A DNA stretch of 64,000 bases from an uncultured virus (IMG/VR IMGVR_UViG_3300033069_001107) (taxonomy: Duplodnaviria; Heunggongvirae; Uroviricota; Caudoviricetes): the IMG/VR virus record IMGVR_UViG_3300033069_001107, positions 1-64,000 of that record; one strand, given 5' to 3'. The number at the start of each line of letters is the position of its first letter. Position 1 is the stretch's first letter. The translations under genes were made by a program, and so were the position numbers. Of this stretch, positions 45,801 through 54,880 are shown one piece after another. A model generated the notes under the pieces. That model was not told the DNA's origin. It worked only from the letters and a program-made list of their open reading frames with translations, and made no database searches.

Positions 45801-46568
45801 GAGGAGTTCTACAGCAAGCTGCTGTACGGCTCGCGCAACCTCAACCCGGTGACGATCAACAACCCGACGACCGCTGCGGCGTACAGCGACAGCCAGCGAC
45901 GCCGAGCCACCGCGTTCCGCTGGGCCGACGCCATTGGATACGCCGAGGCGAATGGGCGCGTGTCCGAGATCGTGATCGAGGGGCGTTCGACGCAGGCCCA
46001 GGTTCGGGCGGAGCGCGACGGGACAGACCTGACCACGACGCAAACCTTCTCCGAAGGGATCGACCCGAATCGAGTGCTCGCCGCGCGTGAAAACGGGTAC
46101 GCCGAAGCGTTCGCGAGCTACGACGTGGCCATGCAGTACGCCGCGCGTCCGTGCTGCACGCTCGACGAGTACATCCGCTTCTGGCACGGCGGGAAGCAGA
46201 TCGGCTTGCTCCAGTCGGAAGCAGGCGGGTTCCAGGTTGGTCCCGTGCGGAATGACTTCTCGTACACCGGAGAGAACGTCCCGGACGTGCTCAAGTCGAC
46301 ACGTACCAGCGCCACGGGCTTCAGCCTCACCAGCGGTGAGCGGCGGCGTGAGACGGCGGCATTCTACGACCACATCTACGTACTTCGGCCGGGCCCTGGG
46401 CCTGAGCCAACCGCAGAGCAGCGCGGGTACACTTCCCCGCCCGACATCCAGCCTACGGGGACGGTCTCGGGCCTCCCTGCGGATTACCCACAGACGCGCG
46501 CCGACTGGACGGTCGCGCTACGCTACTATCGCGACAAGATCCGTAACCGAGTGAGTCCTTCCGTATGA
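42897..46568 (+). CDS. baseplate hub-like protein with an inserted M15/LAS-type zinc peptidase domain
   Basis: 1223 aa; internal DHNAGMALD...HFDHIHV motifs; FNPYIIPGFPG hub-like C-terminal part. Confidence 0.7.
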   Translation: MAFDPNAARSGSVLSTNPLYLAAWVCYINGLYTPIIGFDVDYGVWAFPTFRIHLLPDPSIERLGAEDRVQVAIFYLDHWYDPSKPEPRLLVDGEITSWGFTNVGGGRAITFNCVAHARIFEQLYFYYMTNVDDIVASRSPDVAATSVATTPGPFYPYGLFHQGLTPTAEQAASETAGYSGAAPASSAEVSPSTPIQAPYEFVTNVIRGCISSEVPDSRRSAPMMNFFARWIRTTSFHNRWVRLPMLEDPANLSQRIGVFPIFNAARNSEALTAMQRHVSSQVGNSGNIWNLFQQVLGLVNMEIGMIPNPCSVMVQLNDTSGGATSNPTDGRIIEAPRYATPLRDQRSISERAPLPEFNPAPVGPTPLPSIEADLYRASQPGDSVRMPANSQGGVEQGINPTTPIRLAQYFVKPQNFFGEPPACNIIFPSMISEGWGFNEDFAGQPTRSLVNDSVMTNLLRATGPNREFMLHALSVGYPEEVNAILHHRVGSDNQTASGPSESGKNLLIWPEEFFKGPVVTKVDLPAWFQMLRQFSNAQADPVTGEPAPTTNNPREPQATPVSTTPVASVLQGLTAEATASASPPIAQDRRGGRARGGEVRAEESPSYPYRWLLPDEIEATGREQRTTYTRVRKSASGDGLTQQSTDFVEPHRGTKAFRDYLYTRFPDVFSRREQRPNRTIGLVSPRDRRPVLAVGANVDDHNAGMALDLTVPPIQGRPNLEVGTRVANWLVQNAQALGIAYIVYARTIWGAGRPSRHYTSPGASMDHFDHIHVTLEREVALGRGGILSRNNPLPYPSTAVTNVVRRAPTVAVHPGAPGTSTQTTTQNVTSRPDTTTTTGEAQSGDSFADLFGIYAQFEYIRSRYSKRNASAQLFFNPYIIPGFPGMIFDSMATGIHCVGYVQRVTHSASISTGGARWGTSVQFGYARTFYEMLTDIKADAYRFAARVTSAPADIIPELREVFQDETAAEEFYSKLLYGSRNLNPVTINNPTTAAAYSDSQRRRATAFRWADAIGYAEANGRVSEIVIEGRSTQAQVRAERDGTDLTTTQTFSEGIDPNRVLAARENGYAEAFASYDVAMQYAARPCCTLDEYIRFWHGGKQIGLLQSEAGGFQVGPVRNDFSYTGENVPDVLKSTRTSATGFSLTSGERRRETAAFYDHIYVLRPGPGPEPTAEQRGYTSPPDIQPTGTVSGLPADYPQTRADWTVALRYYRDKIRNRVSPSV

Positions 46569-47260
46569 GTGAGCTTCGCGCGCGCGATCAGATCCTGTGG
46601 GAGCAGTGGAACCGGACGCGGAGCAACGCGGACCTCGACGCGTTGGTCAAGCAGCTCAACCCGCTCATCCAGCAGAAGGTGAACCAGTGGGCCAGCGTCG
46701 CCCCGCGCTTCCTGCTGGAGAACGAGGCGAAGGCGCTGGCCATCAAGGCCATCAGCACCTACCGACCCGGCGCGTCGCAGCTCTCGACGCACGTGACGAG
46801 TCACCTGATGAAGCTGTCGCGTACGGCGTACGCAAGACAATCTACGTTGGCAGTCCCCGAGGCCACTCGCCTCTCATTCAACAGCATCAACGGCGCGAAG
46901 ACACGACTCGCCGATCAGCTGGGGCGCCCGCCATCCCTGGATGAACTGTCGGACCACCTTCGCCTTCCGCCCGCGCGCATCCAGAAGCTGATGCAGGAAG
47001 TGGGCAAGCGCGAGCTGATGGAATCCGGCGAAGGGCCCTCCTTCGTGCAGCACTTCGACGACCCGGAGGTCCTGCACCTCGCGTGGCACGACATGCCTCC
47101 GATCCAACGCAAGGTGTTCGAGATGCGTACGGGGTATAACGGCACCCCCGTCGCGACCGGCGCTCAGATCATGAAGGCGACGAACCTCACGCAGGGCCAA
47201 CTGTCGCACCAGCTCGGCAAGATCAAGACGCTCCTCGATCAGGCACAGAAACTCCGATGA
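46565..47260 (+). CDS. sigma-70-family RNA polymerase sigma factor (FliA/SigB-like architecture, divergent)
   Basis: Region 2-like AIKAISTYRP...LSTHV, region 3 LGRPPSLDELSDHL, region 4-like PPIQRKVFEMRTG..HTH. Confidence 0.85.
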   Translation: MSELRARDQILWEQWNRTRSNADLDALVKQLNPLIQQKVNQWASVAPRFLLENEAKALAIKAISTYRPGASQLSTHVTSHLMKLSRTAYARQSTLAVPEATRLSFNSINGAKTRLADQLGRPPSLDELSDHLRLPPARIQKLMQEVGKRELMESGEGPSFVQHFDDPEVLHLAWHDMPPIQRKVFEMRTGYNGTPVATGAQIMKATNLTQGQLSHQLGKIKTLLDQAQKLR

Positions 47261-48384
47261 CGCGCCCGTCCGAAGTGCTGAGAAACGCGCACACCCAGAT
47301 CGCGAGCACGCGCCGCGAGGGGGCTGTTCGTTATCTCAACCGGGCTGCGCCTGCGGGACAAGCCTCGGGCGGTTGGTTGTCGGATGTGGGGTTCTACGTC
47401 GCGCGCCCCTTTGCCTATGCACGCGCCGACACGTCGAACCTCATGCCCACGCCGGAGGATCCGCGCGAGGTGACCGAGATCGAGTTTGTCTTGTACGGTG
47501 TGAAGCGCGACGCGGAACGCTTGGCGTCCTCCGCACCTCTCCGCACGACCCGTGCCTCCGGCGCGACCGGGATCGCCCCATTCCCCACCGACGCCGAGTA
47601 CGTGGGGGCGGCGGACCTGGGCGATGACACGACCGTTGCGGAGAAGACGACTTCGCTCTTGGCGCGTATTCGTAGCGCAGGCTCCGGTGACGCTTACCAC
47701 GTTGTCGTGACGCGTAATGGCGCGGTCTACGTCGCGGCGTCCGTTGCGCAAGAGGTCGCGTCGGAGGGTGCCGTTGGCAAGGTGCGTGTGGCGGTAGAGG
47801 GCGCAGCGTATCGCCTCCGAACAGCTACGGAGATCCTGGACGTGCCTCCCACCCAGGCGCAGCTTGAGTCCCTCGCGGTGGCGGTCGCAAAGCTGCGGGC
47901 CATCTACCCCGGAGTCCCTCTCACCTATCAGATTCGCGCCGAAGAACCTGTCGCTTCGATCACTGCGCTCTGGTGGGACCGTGTCGAATCAGCGCAGACT
48001 GACTTCGAAGCTCTCGTGACCAATGAGGGTGTGTACGACGCTTCCGCCGAGGTGTTTCGCGCTTCGCCGCCCGCGCAGTCGCATCGCGCAGAAGCGCAGA
48101 TTGTGCTCGGGCACCTGGAGACGCTGGGCGAGTCTTCTCTGGTCATGGCGGCGTATGCCGACATCGCCGCCGCTGATCGATCCGAGCAGATGCAACAGCC
48201 GGGGCGTGTGCGACACTTCGTGCAACGCGCCCGTGCTTCTCTCCAAGACGCCGACCACTCTGGGGAGGCGGCGGGACATGTGGCCGCTGCGGATAGCTTC
48301 ACTCCCGTGATCGCACCGGCCACCAACAGTGGGCCGTTCGTCTACAACTATCGTACAGGTCGGTGGGGTGACAATGAGCGTTGA
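47257..48384 (+). CDS. virion protein with a degenerate amidase_2-like domain
   Basis: AYHVVVTRNGAVY and PTQAQLESLAVAVAKL resemble amidase_2; other zinc ligands not evident. Confidence 0.55.
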   Translation: MTRPSEVLRNAHTQIASTRREGAVRYLNRAAPAGQASGGWLSDVGFYVARPFAYARADTSNLMPTPEDPREVTEIEFVLYGVKRDAERLASSAPLRTTRASGATGIAPFPTDAEYVGAADLGDDTTVAEKTTSLLARIRSAGSGDAYHVVVTRNGAVYVAASVAQEVASEGAVGKVRVAVEGAAYRLRTATEILDVPPTQAQLESLAVAVAKLRAIYPGVPLTYQIRAEEPVASITALWWDRVESAQTDFEALVTNEGVYDASAEVFRASPPAQSHRAEAQIVLGHLETLGESSLVMAAYADIAAADRSEQMQQPGRVRHFVQRARASLQDADHSGEAAGHVAAADSFTPVIAPATNSGPFVYNYRTGRWGDNER

Positions 48385-48814
48385 TCTGCACATCCAGCTG
48401 AAGGATCCCTCACGTCAGCGCCCACGCGCCGTGTTCACCCTGGACACGACCAACCCACAGATCGTGGAAGGGCTTCAGAAGCTGATCAACCGCTGGCTCA
48501 AGCTGTTCCTGACGAAGAAGGGGTCGCATCCCGTACGGCGTACGGAGGGGACTATCTTCTCGAACCTCGTCGGGGGCAACATCGCGGACCTGCGTGGCAC
48601 CGAAGTCTACGTGATCGAGGCCATCGAAGACGCCAACGATCAGATCTTCGTGTACGACCGTCTCAACGTCACAGCGCCAGCCGAGGAGCGTCTCGGCAGC
48701 GCGGCCCTCGCGCAGTTCGTAGAGGTCCCACCGTCCGGGATCGAGTTCTGGGTCACGCTGCGCAACGCGGCGGGTGACAGCGCGCAGGTGGTTCTGCCTT
48801 ACGCTTACGCCTGA
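48374..48814 (+). CDS. baseplate wedge protein, gp25/gpW-like
   Basis: GLQKLINRWLKLFLTKKGS...EGT pattern; precedes the J-like gene. Confidence 0.7.
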   Translation: MSVDLHIQLKDPSRQRPRAVFTLDTTNPQIVEGLQKLINRWLKLFLTKKGSHPVRRTEGTIFSNLVGGNIADLRGTEVYVIEAIEDANDQIFVYDRLNVTAPAEERLGSAALAQFVEVPPSGIEFWVTLRNAAGDSAQVVLPYAYA

Positions 48815-48836
48815 GGACGCGTATCCTTTCTGTGCG

Positions 48837-50873
48837 ATGACCGCACCTACGCTTCCGGAGATCTCCGCCACCGCCGAACGGCTACGCGACATCCTCCAGA
48901 CACAGACGACGGGGGACTACTCCCCGTCGTCGGTTCTGGGCGACTTGGTCGTCGACCCTCACGCGATCGTGATGTCGGATCTGCACGCCCAGATCCGAGG
49001 GTTGCGGACCCGCCAGTCTCTCGCGGATCTCCGGGGACTCCCCGCCAGCCCCGAGGCGAACGACGCAGTCGACGCGCTCCTTGCGAACCTGTTCGTCGCT
49101 CGCAGCGTCGGCACCTTCGCGCGCGGCTGGGCGACGCTTCACTTCACGCAACGTGTGGACACGCTCCTCCCGAGGAACACGCGTCTGGTGAAGGCGGGCG
49201 GGCTCGTCTATTACCCGAACATCGCGGAGAACCGTCTGATCGAAGCGCGCGAGCTCCGGCCCCGCTACGATGATCGCGGGGTCGTCACGTCGTGGACCAT
49301 CGACATCAGTGTCATCGCGTCCCGCACGGGTTCCGCCTACCGAGTCGCGCGTGGCCGCTTTCAATCGATCGATGCGATCAGCCCATACCTCGCCTACGCC
49401 GAGAACGTGGAGGACTTCGTCGCCGGGGAAGATCCGGACACGAACGAGAGCGCGGTCGCGAACGCCGAGACCGCGCTCTCTCTGCGCGCGCTGGTCAACG
49501 CTCGCTCGAACGACGCCACGCTACGCAACCGATTCACGGAGATTACTCGCGTCCGTTCGGTGGGCATGGGCGAGCCCGAGATGCGACGAGACCTGATCCT
49601 CCCGGGCATCTTTGGTGCTCCGGTGCATCGCGGCGGACATGTCGACCTCTATGTGGATCTGCCGATCCAAACGGTCACTGAGCGCCTCGTCGTAGGGGAG
49701 CCTACGCGCCGTGCCGATGGGCGGGTGATCACCCTGGCGGACAGCGCCCCCACGGGCAGCACATTCATCGGAGCAGGTGTCGTTCCGGGGGACATTCTGA
49801 ACGTCACCTCAGGCATCCCCGAGGCTCCGATGACGTTCCGTATCGCCGCCGTGCGCGCGTACGAACTGGACGTGGTGGCTGACGTTCCGTTCTCGATCGC
49901 CACGGACGAAAACGGGTCCCCCGCCCTCACCTACTCCATCGGATACAACTACCCCGCATTCGACAACCGTACGGCGGCGCACGTCGCAGCGGGGGCTACG
50001 ACCACGCGCCTCTTCTCGATCGAGAACGCAGTCGTACTCCCCGCAGGCCCCCTGGGGAACATCCTGCGCGTCGAGGTGCCCGATCCACCTGCGTCGCTCA
50101 CTCCTTTCTTGGACTCTACGACGGGGGCAGCGGCCTACACGGTGCGGCGGAACAGCCCGCTCACACGTGCGCCTGTGGCGGGGGAGCCGCTGTCGTTCCA
50201 GACGATCGTCCAGGCCCCCTCCGAGTCACAGTCGCTGCTGGCTGTTCAGTACCTGGACCTGGGCTGGCCCGGCGCCTCTCTCGCAGGCACCGAGGTCCTC
50301 GTGACCTACGAAACGATGCTCGGCTTCGATGTGATCGATGCCCTGGTCCGTTCGGATTCGGAGCGCGTTCTAAACGCGAACTACCTGACGCGCGCGGCCT
50401 TCCTGGTCTATGTGAGCTGCACGATTCCGTACCGGCAGCGCACCATTCCCCAGCTCGACGCGGCGGGGAACCTTCGTACCGACAGCACCCAAGCCATCGC
50501 AGCGGTGAATGAAGTAGCTGTAGTCGCCGCCGTCGTCGCTGCGGTGGAAAGCGCTTCGGTCAACGGCCTCTCTACCAGCGACATCACGGCTGCGGTGCTG
50601 CGGAGCGACCCCAACATCTCCAGCGTTTACCCGGTGACGCTTCGGTACAACGTGACCCTGCCTGACGGTCGTGTGGTCTACTACGAGAGCGATGATCGAG
50701 TGGAGCTGATTCCAGGCTCAGACACCAGTGCGCGCATCACCAACTACCTGGACCTGGGGCTGGCGCAAGGCGACGTTCAGGGGTTCGCGCGCCTGCTGCG
50801 AACGCTCGGTCTGTCGACGCGAATCGCTCGCTTTCGTACCACGTCTGACCTGATCTCCATGGAGCTTCGCTGA
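48837..50873 (+). CDS. baseplate J-like wedge protein
   Basis: GSAYRV, GEDPDTN and GGHVDLYV motifs; start re-called at ATG 48837. Confidence 0.75.
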   Translation: MTAPTLPEISATAERLRDILQTQTTGDYSPSSVLGDLVVDPHAIVMSDLHAQIRGLRTRQSLADLRGLPASPEANDAVDALLANLFVARSVGTFARGWATLHFTQRVDTLLPRNTRLVKAGGLVYYPNIAENRLIEARELRPRYDDRGVVTSWTIDISVIASRTGSAYRVARGRFQSIDAISPYLAYAENVEDFVAGEDPDTNESAVANAETALSLRALVNARSNDATLRNRFTEITRVRSVGMGEPEMRRDLILPGIFGAPVHRGGHVDLYVDLPIQTVTERLVVGEPTRRADGRVITLADSAPTGSTFIGAGVVPGDILNVTSGIPEAPMTFRIAAVRAYELDVVADVPFSIATDENGSPALTYSIGYNYPAFDNRTAAHVAAGATTTRLFSIENAVVLPAGPLGNILRVEVPDPPASLTPFLDSTTGAAAYTVRRNSPLTRAPVAGEPLSFQTIVQAPSESQSLLAVQYLDLGWPGASLAGTEVLVTYETMLGFDVIDALVRSDSERVLNANYLTRAAFLVYVSCTIPYRQRTIPQLDAAGNLRTDSTQAIAAVNEVAVVAAVVAAVESASVNGLSTSDITAAVLRSDPNISSVYPVTLRYNVTLPDGRVVYYESDDRVELIPGSDTSARITNYLDLGLAQGDVQGFARLLRTLGLSTRIARFRTTSDLISMELR

Positions 50874-53800
50874 TGCCTCTCACGCCGCAGAACAGCGCCA
50901 CGTTCTTGAAGGCGCTCTCCGACTTCTGGCCTATGTACTTCCAGGACCAGGGGTTGCTGAAGGCGTACGCGAACGGCATCTCCGTGAACGTGGCGCAAGC
51001 CTATCAGCTGTTTCTGGAGACGGTGCTCGGCACGAGCCTCCGGGACATCCCATTGTTCCAGCGCGAGTTCTACCGGCCGTACTACGTGCGTGAAGACCTT
51101 GTCCGGTACCGCGAGGGCGCCTCCGCTGAGGATGACCGCTACGAGTTTCTTGCGGGGGACTCCGTCCAATCTATTCGATTCCTGGCTAACCGCGTGCTCA
51201 GTCCTACAGCGTCCCTCCTGGAACTGCGGGACTTCACCGTGCGCCCTGGCGTGATCCAGTTCTTCACAAACCCCTTCGCGGGGGCGCTCGAATCGTTTCC
51301 GAGTCGCACCATCCAGGGGGTATCTCCTGCGGTTTGGCGGAACCCACTCCAGCAGACTTTCTCCTCAGTGCGCCCCGGCGACACTCTCCGCTGGCGCGTT
51401 GGGAACAGCGTTGTGACCTCGACCATCACCGGGGTAGACGGCGCGACGCTTCACCTGAACGACGCACCTCCTGGGGTCACCCAGGAGATTGCACGGAGAG
51501 GCGGCGTTGCCTACGTGACGCGTACGCCGTACGACAACACCGCGACCAATCGGCCCCTCTTCGATCACCCTACGCGCGTCACCCGACTCTCTGCGGACGC
51601 ATCCGACGGGATCACGATCGCGAGCAGCCGCGAGATGAACGTGAGCGGTCTCGCGAACTACCGTGGCGCTTGGGCCATCGCTACTACCTACGCCGTGGGC
51701 GACCTCGTCTGGCAGTCGGGCCGGGTGTGGCGCGCTCTGTCTGCCCACGTCTCGGGGGGCAGCTTCGACGCTGCTCTCTGGGACGACCTCGCCACCGGGT
51801 ACGTCTACATCCAGTGCCCGGCCCGCCCCCGTTACGCGCAGCTGGTTGCCCTCGAAACGCCCAGCGCCGCAGGGCGTATCAAACTCGCGCTCGGTGAGTT
51901 CAGCGAGGCCACGTCCACCTTCGTCTACCGGGTGACGTACGTCGCAACGACGGGGGATCGCCCCACCCTCCCGCTGGAGCACAAGCACATCACTCCCGGG
52001 ACCGTCTCCGTTCAAGCCCGACGCAAGCTCGCGCACACCACGGTCGACGTGCTGGGCGCCGCCACCACCTACCCCGCTGGGGAGGTGGTTCGGGAGGGTG
52101 TGGACTTCACCCTGGACTACACCGAGGGGCGCCTGACGGTGCTGACGGCGTGGGACCCCCTACTCCCCGCCCGCCTGGGGTACGAGTGGTCCCTGGAGGT
52201 CGCCCGCCAGCAGTACCGCTGGAGGGGCGCCTACGCCAATGCTACAGCATACCTGCGGGGGGATCTGGTGACCAGCGCCTCCGTGGTGTACGTCGTGACG
52301 CGCGACCACACCTCGGATGGAGTCCTCGCCTCCGACACCTACGTCCGTCTGGTGGAGCCGGTGACCCTCGATGTCTCACGCACCGTTCGTGAGTACGCCG
52401 TATGGGCGACCGACGCGCTGGTGGACGAGAAGCGCCTCGCGAAGAACTTCGGTGACCTCCTCCTGCGGGAGGCAGAGTCGAGCGAGGCGCAGCGCGCCTT
52501 CTTGCAGGCCGTCTCGCGCCTCTTCCTCGCGGGACCGAGCTTCTCGCTGATGACCTCGGCCGTCAACGCGATCCTGGGACTCCCGCTCACGCGAGAGGCC
52601 AACGAACTGCTCCTCGGGTACGACAGCGGGCTCCCGTACAACGGCAGCGGGGCGCGCGTCTTCGACACGCAGCAGGGCACTACGGGCGCGCTGTCCCACA
52701 TCACAGGGCGCTTCAGCGCGGCCGGAGCCCTGTTCCTCGCGTCGGACGTTGGTGGGTCGCTACTGGTGTTCGAAGACGGGGCCACCACGCCGTACGTGAT
52801 CACCGGCTACGTCTCAGCGACGACCGTGGCCGTCTCGCCCGCACCTGCGGTCAGCTCTTCGGATCTTCAGTGGGAGAGCCGTCACCGCGTCTACACGAGC
52901 CGTCTGCGCGTGAACCCGTCGGACTACGCCTTCAGCGCGGCCGACGTGGGGGCCTGGATCAAGCTCAGTGGCGCGATCGCCCGCAACCAGGGAACGTTCC
53001 GTATCGTCGGCGTGGACGACCCCACTACCATCGAACTGGATACGCCGTACGCGTTGATCGACGCGGGAGGGATCTCTTGGTCCCTGTCTCCGCGCGGTAC
53101 GCAGCGCGTCACCACCCATCGCGGCGTCTACGACCTTCCGCTCAACGTGCCTGTGCGCGGGGACCTGCGCAACAGCGCTAACTGGGGGCGCCTCCGTTTG
53201 CCTGCTCTCGACCCCATCTCTGAGGCGGTGCAGATCGATGACTACCTCACCGACCCTACGTGGTGGCACCACATCCAGATCCCCGAGGAGCTCTTCGAGG
53301 GCACCCCCGCGCAGCGAACCGTCACTCCAGCGCTGATCGAGCACGTCTACGGCGCGCTCGACGACGCGCACATCGGTGACGCAGGCATCTACATCGGCGC
53401 AGATGACCACTCAAGAGAGAGCACGCCGCGCCCCTTCACCGCTGTCTGGTACGGCGGCACTGCCATCAACTTGGTTGTGACCGCTCCAGGGCCTGCGCTG
53501 ACCGCGAAGGACAGCGGTACCTACGTGACTCTGGAGACCGAGGGGTTCGCAGGTGCGTTCAAGATCCTCCAGGTTCACTCCGACAATCGCACTGTCACGC
53601 TGGAGAACTTCCCACCTCCGGAAGCCCGGGGACGCGTAGCCCCACGCGCGATCACGGGACGCCTCCCCCCGCTGGTATTCCGACGCTCCGTCGCGTTCAT
53701 CTTGATGGATCAGGCCCTCAAGTACCACTGCGCGCGTCTCCGGATTGACCCCAGTGTGGACTTCTCTCGTGGCGTCATCTCGGACGTGTCGAGCATTGTT

Positions 53801-54391
53801 CGGGCGTCGAAGCCCTCGCATGTGTTCGTGTTCGTGGAGGCTGGGACGACGTTCGCGGACACGTTGGAGGTGGACGAAGAGCTGACGATCGACCTGGGCC
53901 TCTCGCGTCCCGAGCTGATTCAGATCATCGACAGCCTCGCGTACATCTCACCGAGCATGTTGCTGCGGACGGGCGACGCCTTCCGCTTCGAAGCGCTCAC
54001 GACAACGATCACCCCCGCTGCGGGTACTTCCTACACACTCCCGGTGACACTCCCGTCAGGGACTGCGGTCGTGGCCACGCTCGTGAAGGTGGGGTTCGAA
54101 GACGCAGCTCGTGTCGGCAGTCGAAAGCCTGCGGAGGGTGTCGACTACACGGTCGACTACAACGCGGGGGTGCTGACGATCCACGGGTCTACCACGATCA
54201 CCCCAAGCCCCGTTGATGTGGAGTACCTCGTGTGCATCCGCCGCAGCGTGACCTATGGGGACCCTCTCGATGCAGGTGAGGGCTACGTCGCCTATGGCGG
54301 TAGCGACCCCACGATCGTGCGGGCGCTCGGCCAAGCCCCCACCACTGCGGGCTTGATCGATCGGGCGGTACAACTTACCTTTGGTCCGTGA
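50873..54391 (+). CDS. large baseplate wedge/structural protein with two carbohydrate-binding-like repeats
   Basis: YRGAW..TTYAVGDLV and WRGAY..TAYLRGDLV repeats; KPSHV motif; EGVDF/YT repeats. Confidence 0.7.
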   Translation: MPLTPQNSATFLKALSDFWPMYFQDQGLLKAYANGISVNVAQAYQLFLETVLGTSLRDIPLFQREFYRPYYVREDLVRYREGASAEDDRYEFLAGDSVQSIRFLANRVLSPTASLLELRDFTVRPGVIQFFTNPFAGALESFPSRTIQGVSPAVWRNPLQQTFSSVRPGDTLRWRVGNSVVTSTITGVDGATLHLNDAPPGVTQEIARRGGVAYVTRTPYDNTATNRPLFDHPTRVTRLSADASDGITIASSREMNVSGLANYRGAWAIATTYAVGDLVWQSGRVWRALSAHVSGGSFDAALWDDLATGYVYIQCPARPRYAQLVALETPSAAGRIKLALGEFSEATSTFVYRVTYVATTGDRPTLPLEHKHITPGTVSVQARRKLAHTTVDVLGAATTYPAGEVVREGVDFTLDYTEGRLTVLTAWDPLLPARLGYEWSLEVARQQYRWRGAYANATAYLRGDLVTSASVVYVVTRDHTSDGVLASDTYVRLVEPVTLDVSRTVREYAVWATDALVDEKRLAKNFGDLLLREAESSEAQRAFLQAVSRLFLAGPSFSLMTSAVNAILGLPLTREANELLLGYDSGLPYNGSGARVFDTQQGTTGALSHITGRFSAAGALFLASDVGGSLLVFEDGATTPYVITGYVSATTVAVSPAPAVSSSDLQWESRHRVYTSRLRVNPSDYAFSAADVGAWIKLSGAIARNQGTFRIVGVDDPTTIELDTPYALIDAGGISWSLSPRGTQRVTTHRGVYDLPLNVPVRGDLRNSANWGRLRLPALDPISEAVQIDDYLTDPTWWHHIQIPEELFEGTPAQRTVTPALIEHVYGALDDAHIGDAGIYIGADDHSRESTPRPFTAVWYGGTAINLVVTAPGPALTAKDSGTYVTLETEGFAGAFKILQVHSDNRTVTLENFPPPEARGRVAPRAITGRLPPLVFRRSVAFILMDQALKYHCARLRIDPSVDFSRGVISDVSSIVRASKPSHVFVFVEAGTTFADTLEVDEELTIDLGLSRPELIQIIDSLAYISPSMLLRTGDAFRFEALTTTITPAAGTSYTLPVTLPSGTAVVATLVKVGFEDAARVGSRKPAEGVDYTVDYNAGVLTIHGSTTITPSPVDVEYLVCIRRSVTYGDPLDAGEGYVAYGGSDPTIVRALGQAPTTAGLIDRAVQLTFGP

Positions 54392-54876
54392 GGAAACTAC
54401 GCGTCAGCCGCCGCAACAAGCTCCCCCTCCGTGGTGAGATCTCGCTCACAATACGGCGTACGGACGGGCCCACCACTCGCTTGACCGTGCGTAACACCAT
54501 CACCTACGTCGGAATGAACGCCCTCCTGGCGCTCTTCGCGCAGGTCGGTATCACGGCGAGCGACTACGCCCCCAGCAAGCTGGTGCCCGGGACCAACGGG
54601 ACTCCCCCCACACCCGGCGACATCGCGATGGGCGCCCCGGTGGGCGGTCCGGATCAAGTCACGCTCAACGGCGCCAGCTTCTCCCACAACACAGCGGCGC
54701 GCGAGCTGGTGATCACGGGGACCCTCGCGACCACCCAGGCGAACGGGCAGACTCTCGCGGAGGTGGGGCTGGTGTTGGCCAACGGGACCCTCTTCGCTCG
54801 CCAAGTACACCCGGCCTTTCTGAAGGACGGAACGATGTCCGTGACCTACACGTGGCGCATCAGCACCACAGCGTGA
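54388..54876 (+). CDS. tail collar/fibre attachment-like protein
   Basis: NTITYVG, ANGQTLAEVGL...LFAR...K...YTWRI pattern. Confidence 0.7.
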   Translation: MRKLRVSRRNKLPLRGEISLTIRRTDGPTTRLTVRNTITYVGMNALLALFAQVGITASDYAPSKLVPGTNGTPPTPGDIAMGAPVGGPDQVTLNGASFSHNTAARELVITGTLATTQANGQTLAEVGLVLANGTLFARQVHPAFLKDGTMSVTYTWRISTTA

Positions 54877-54880
54877 ACCC

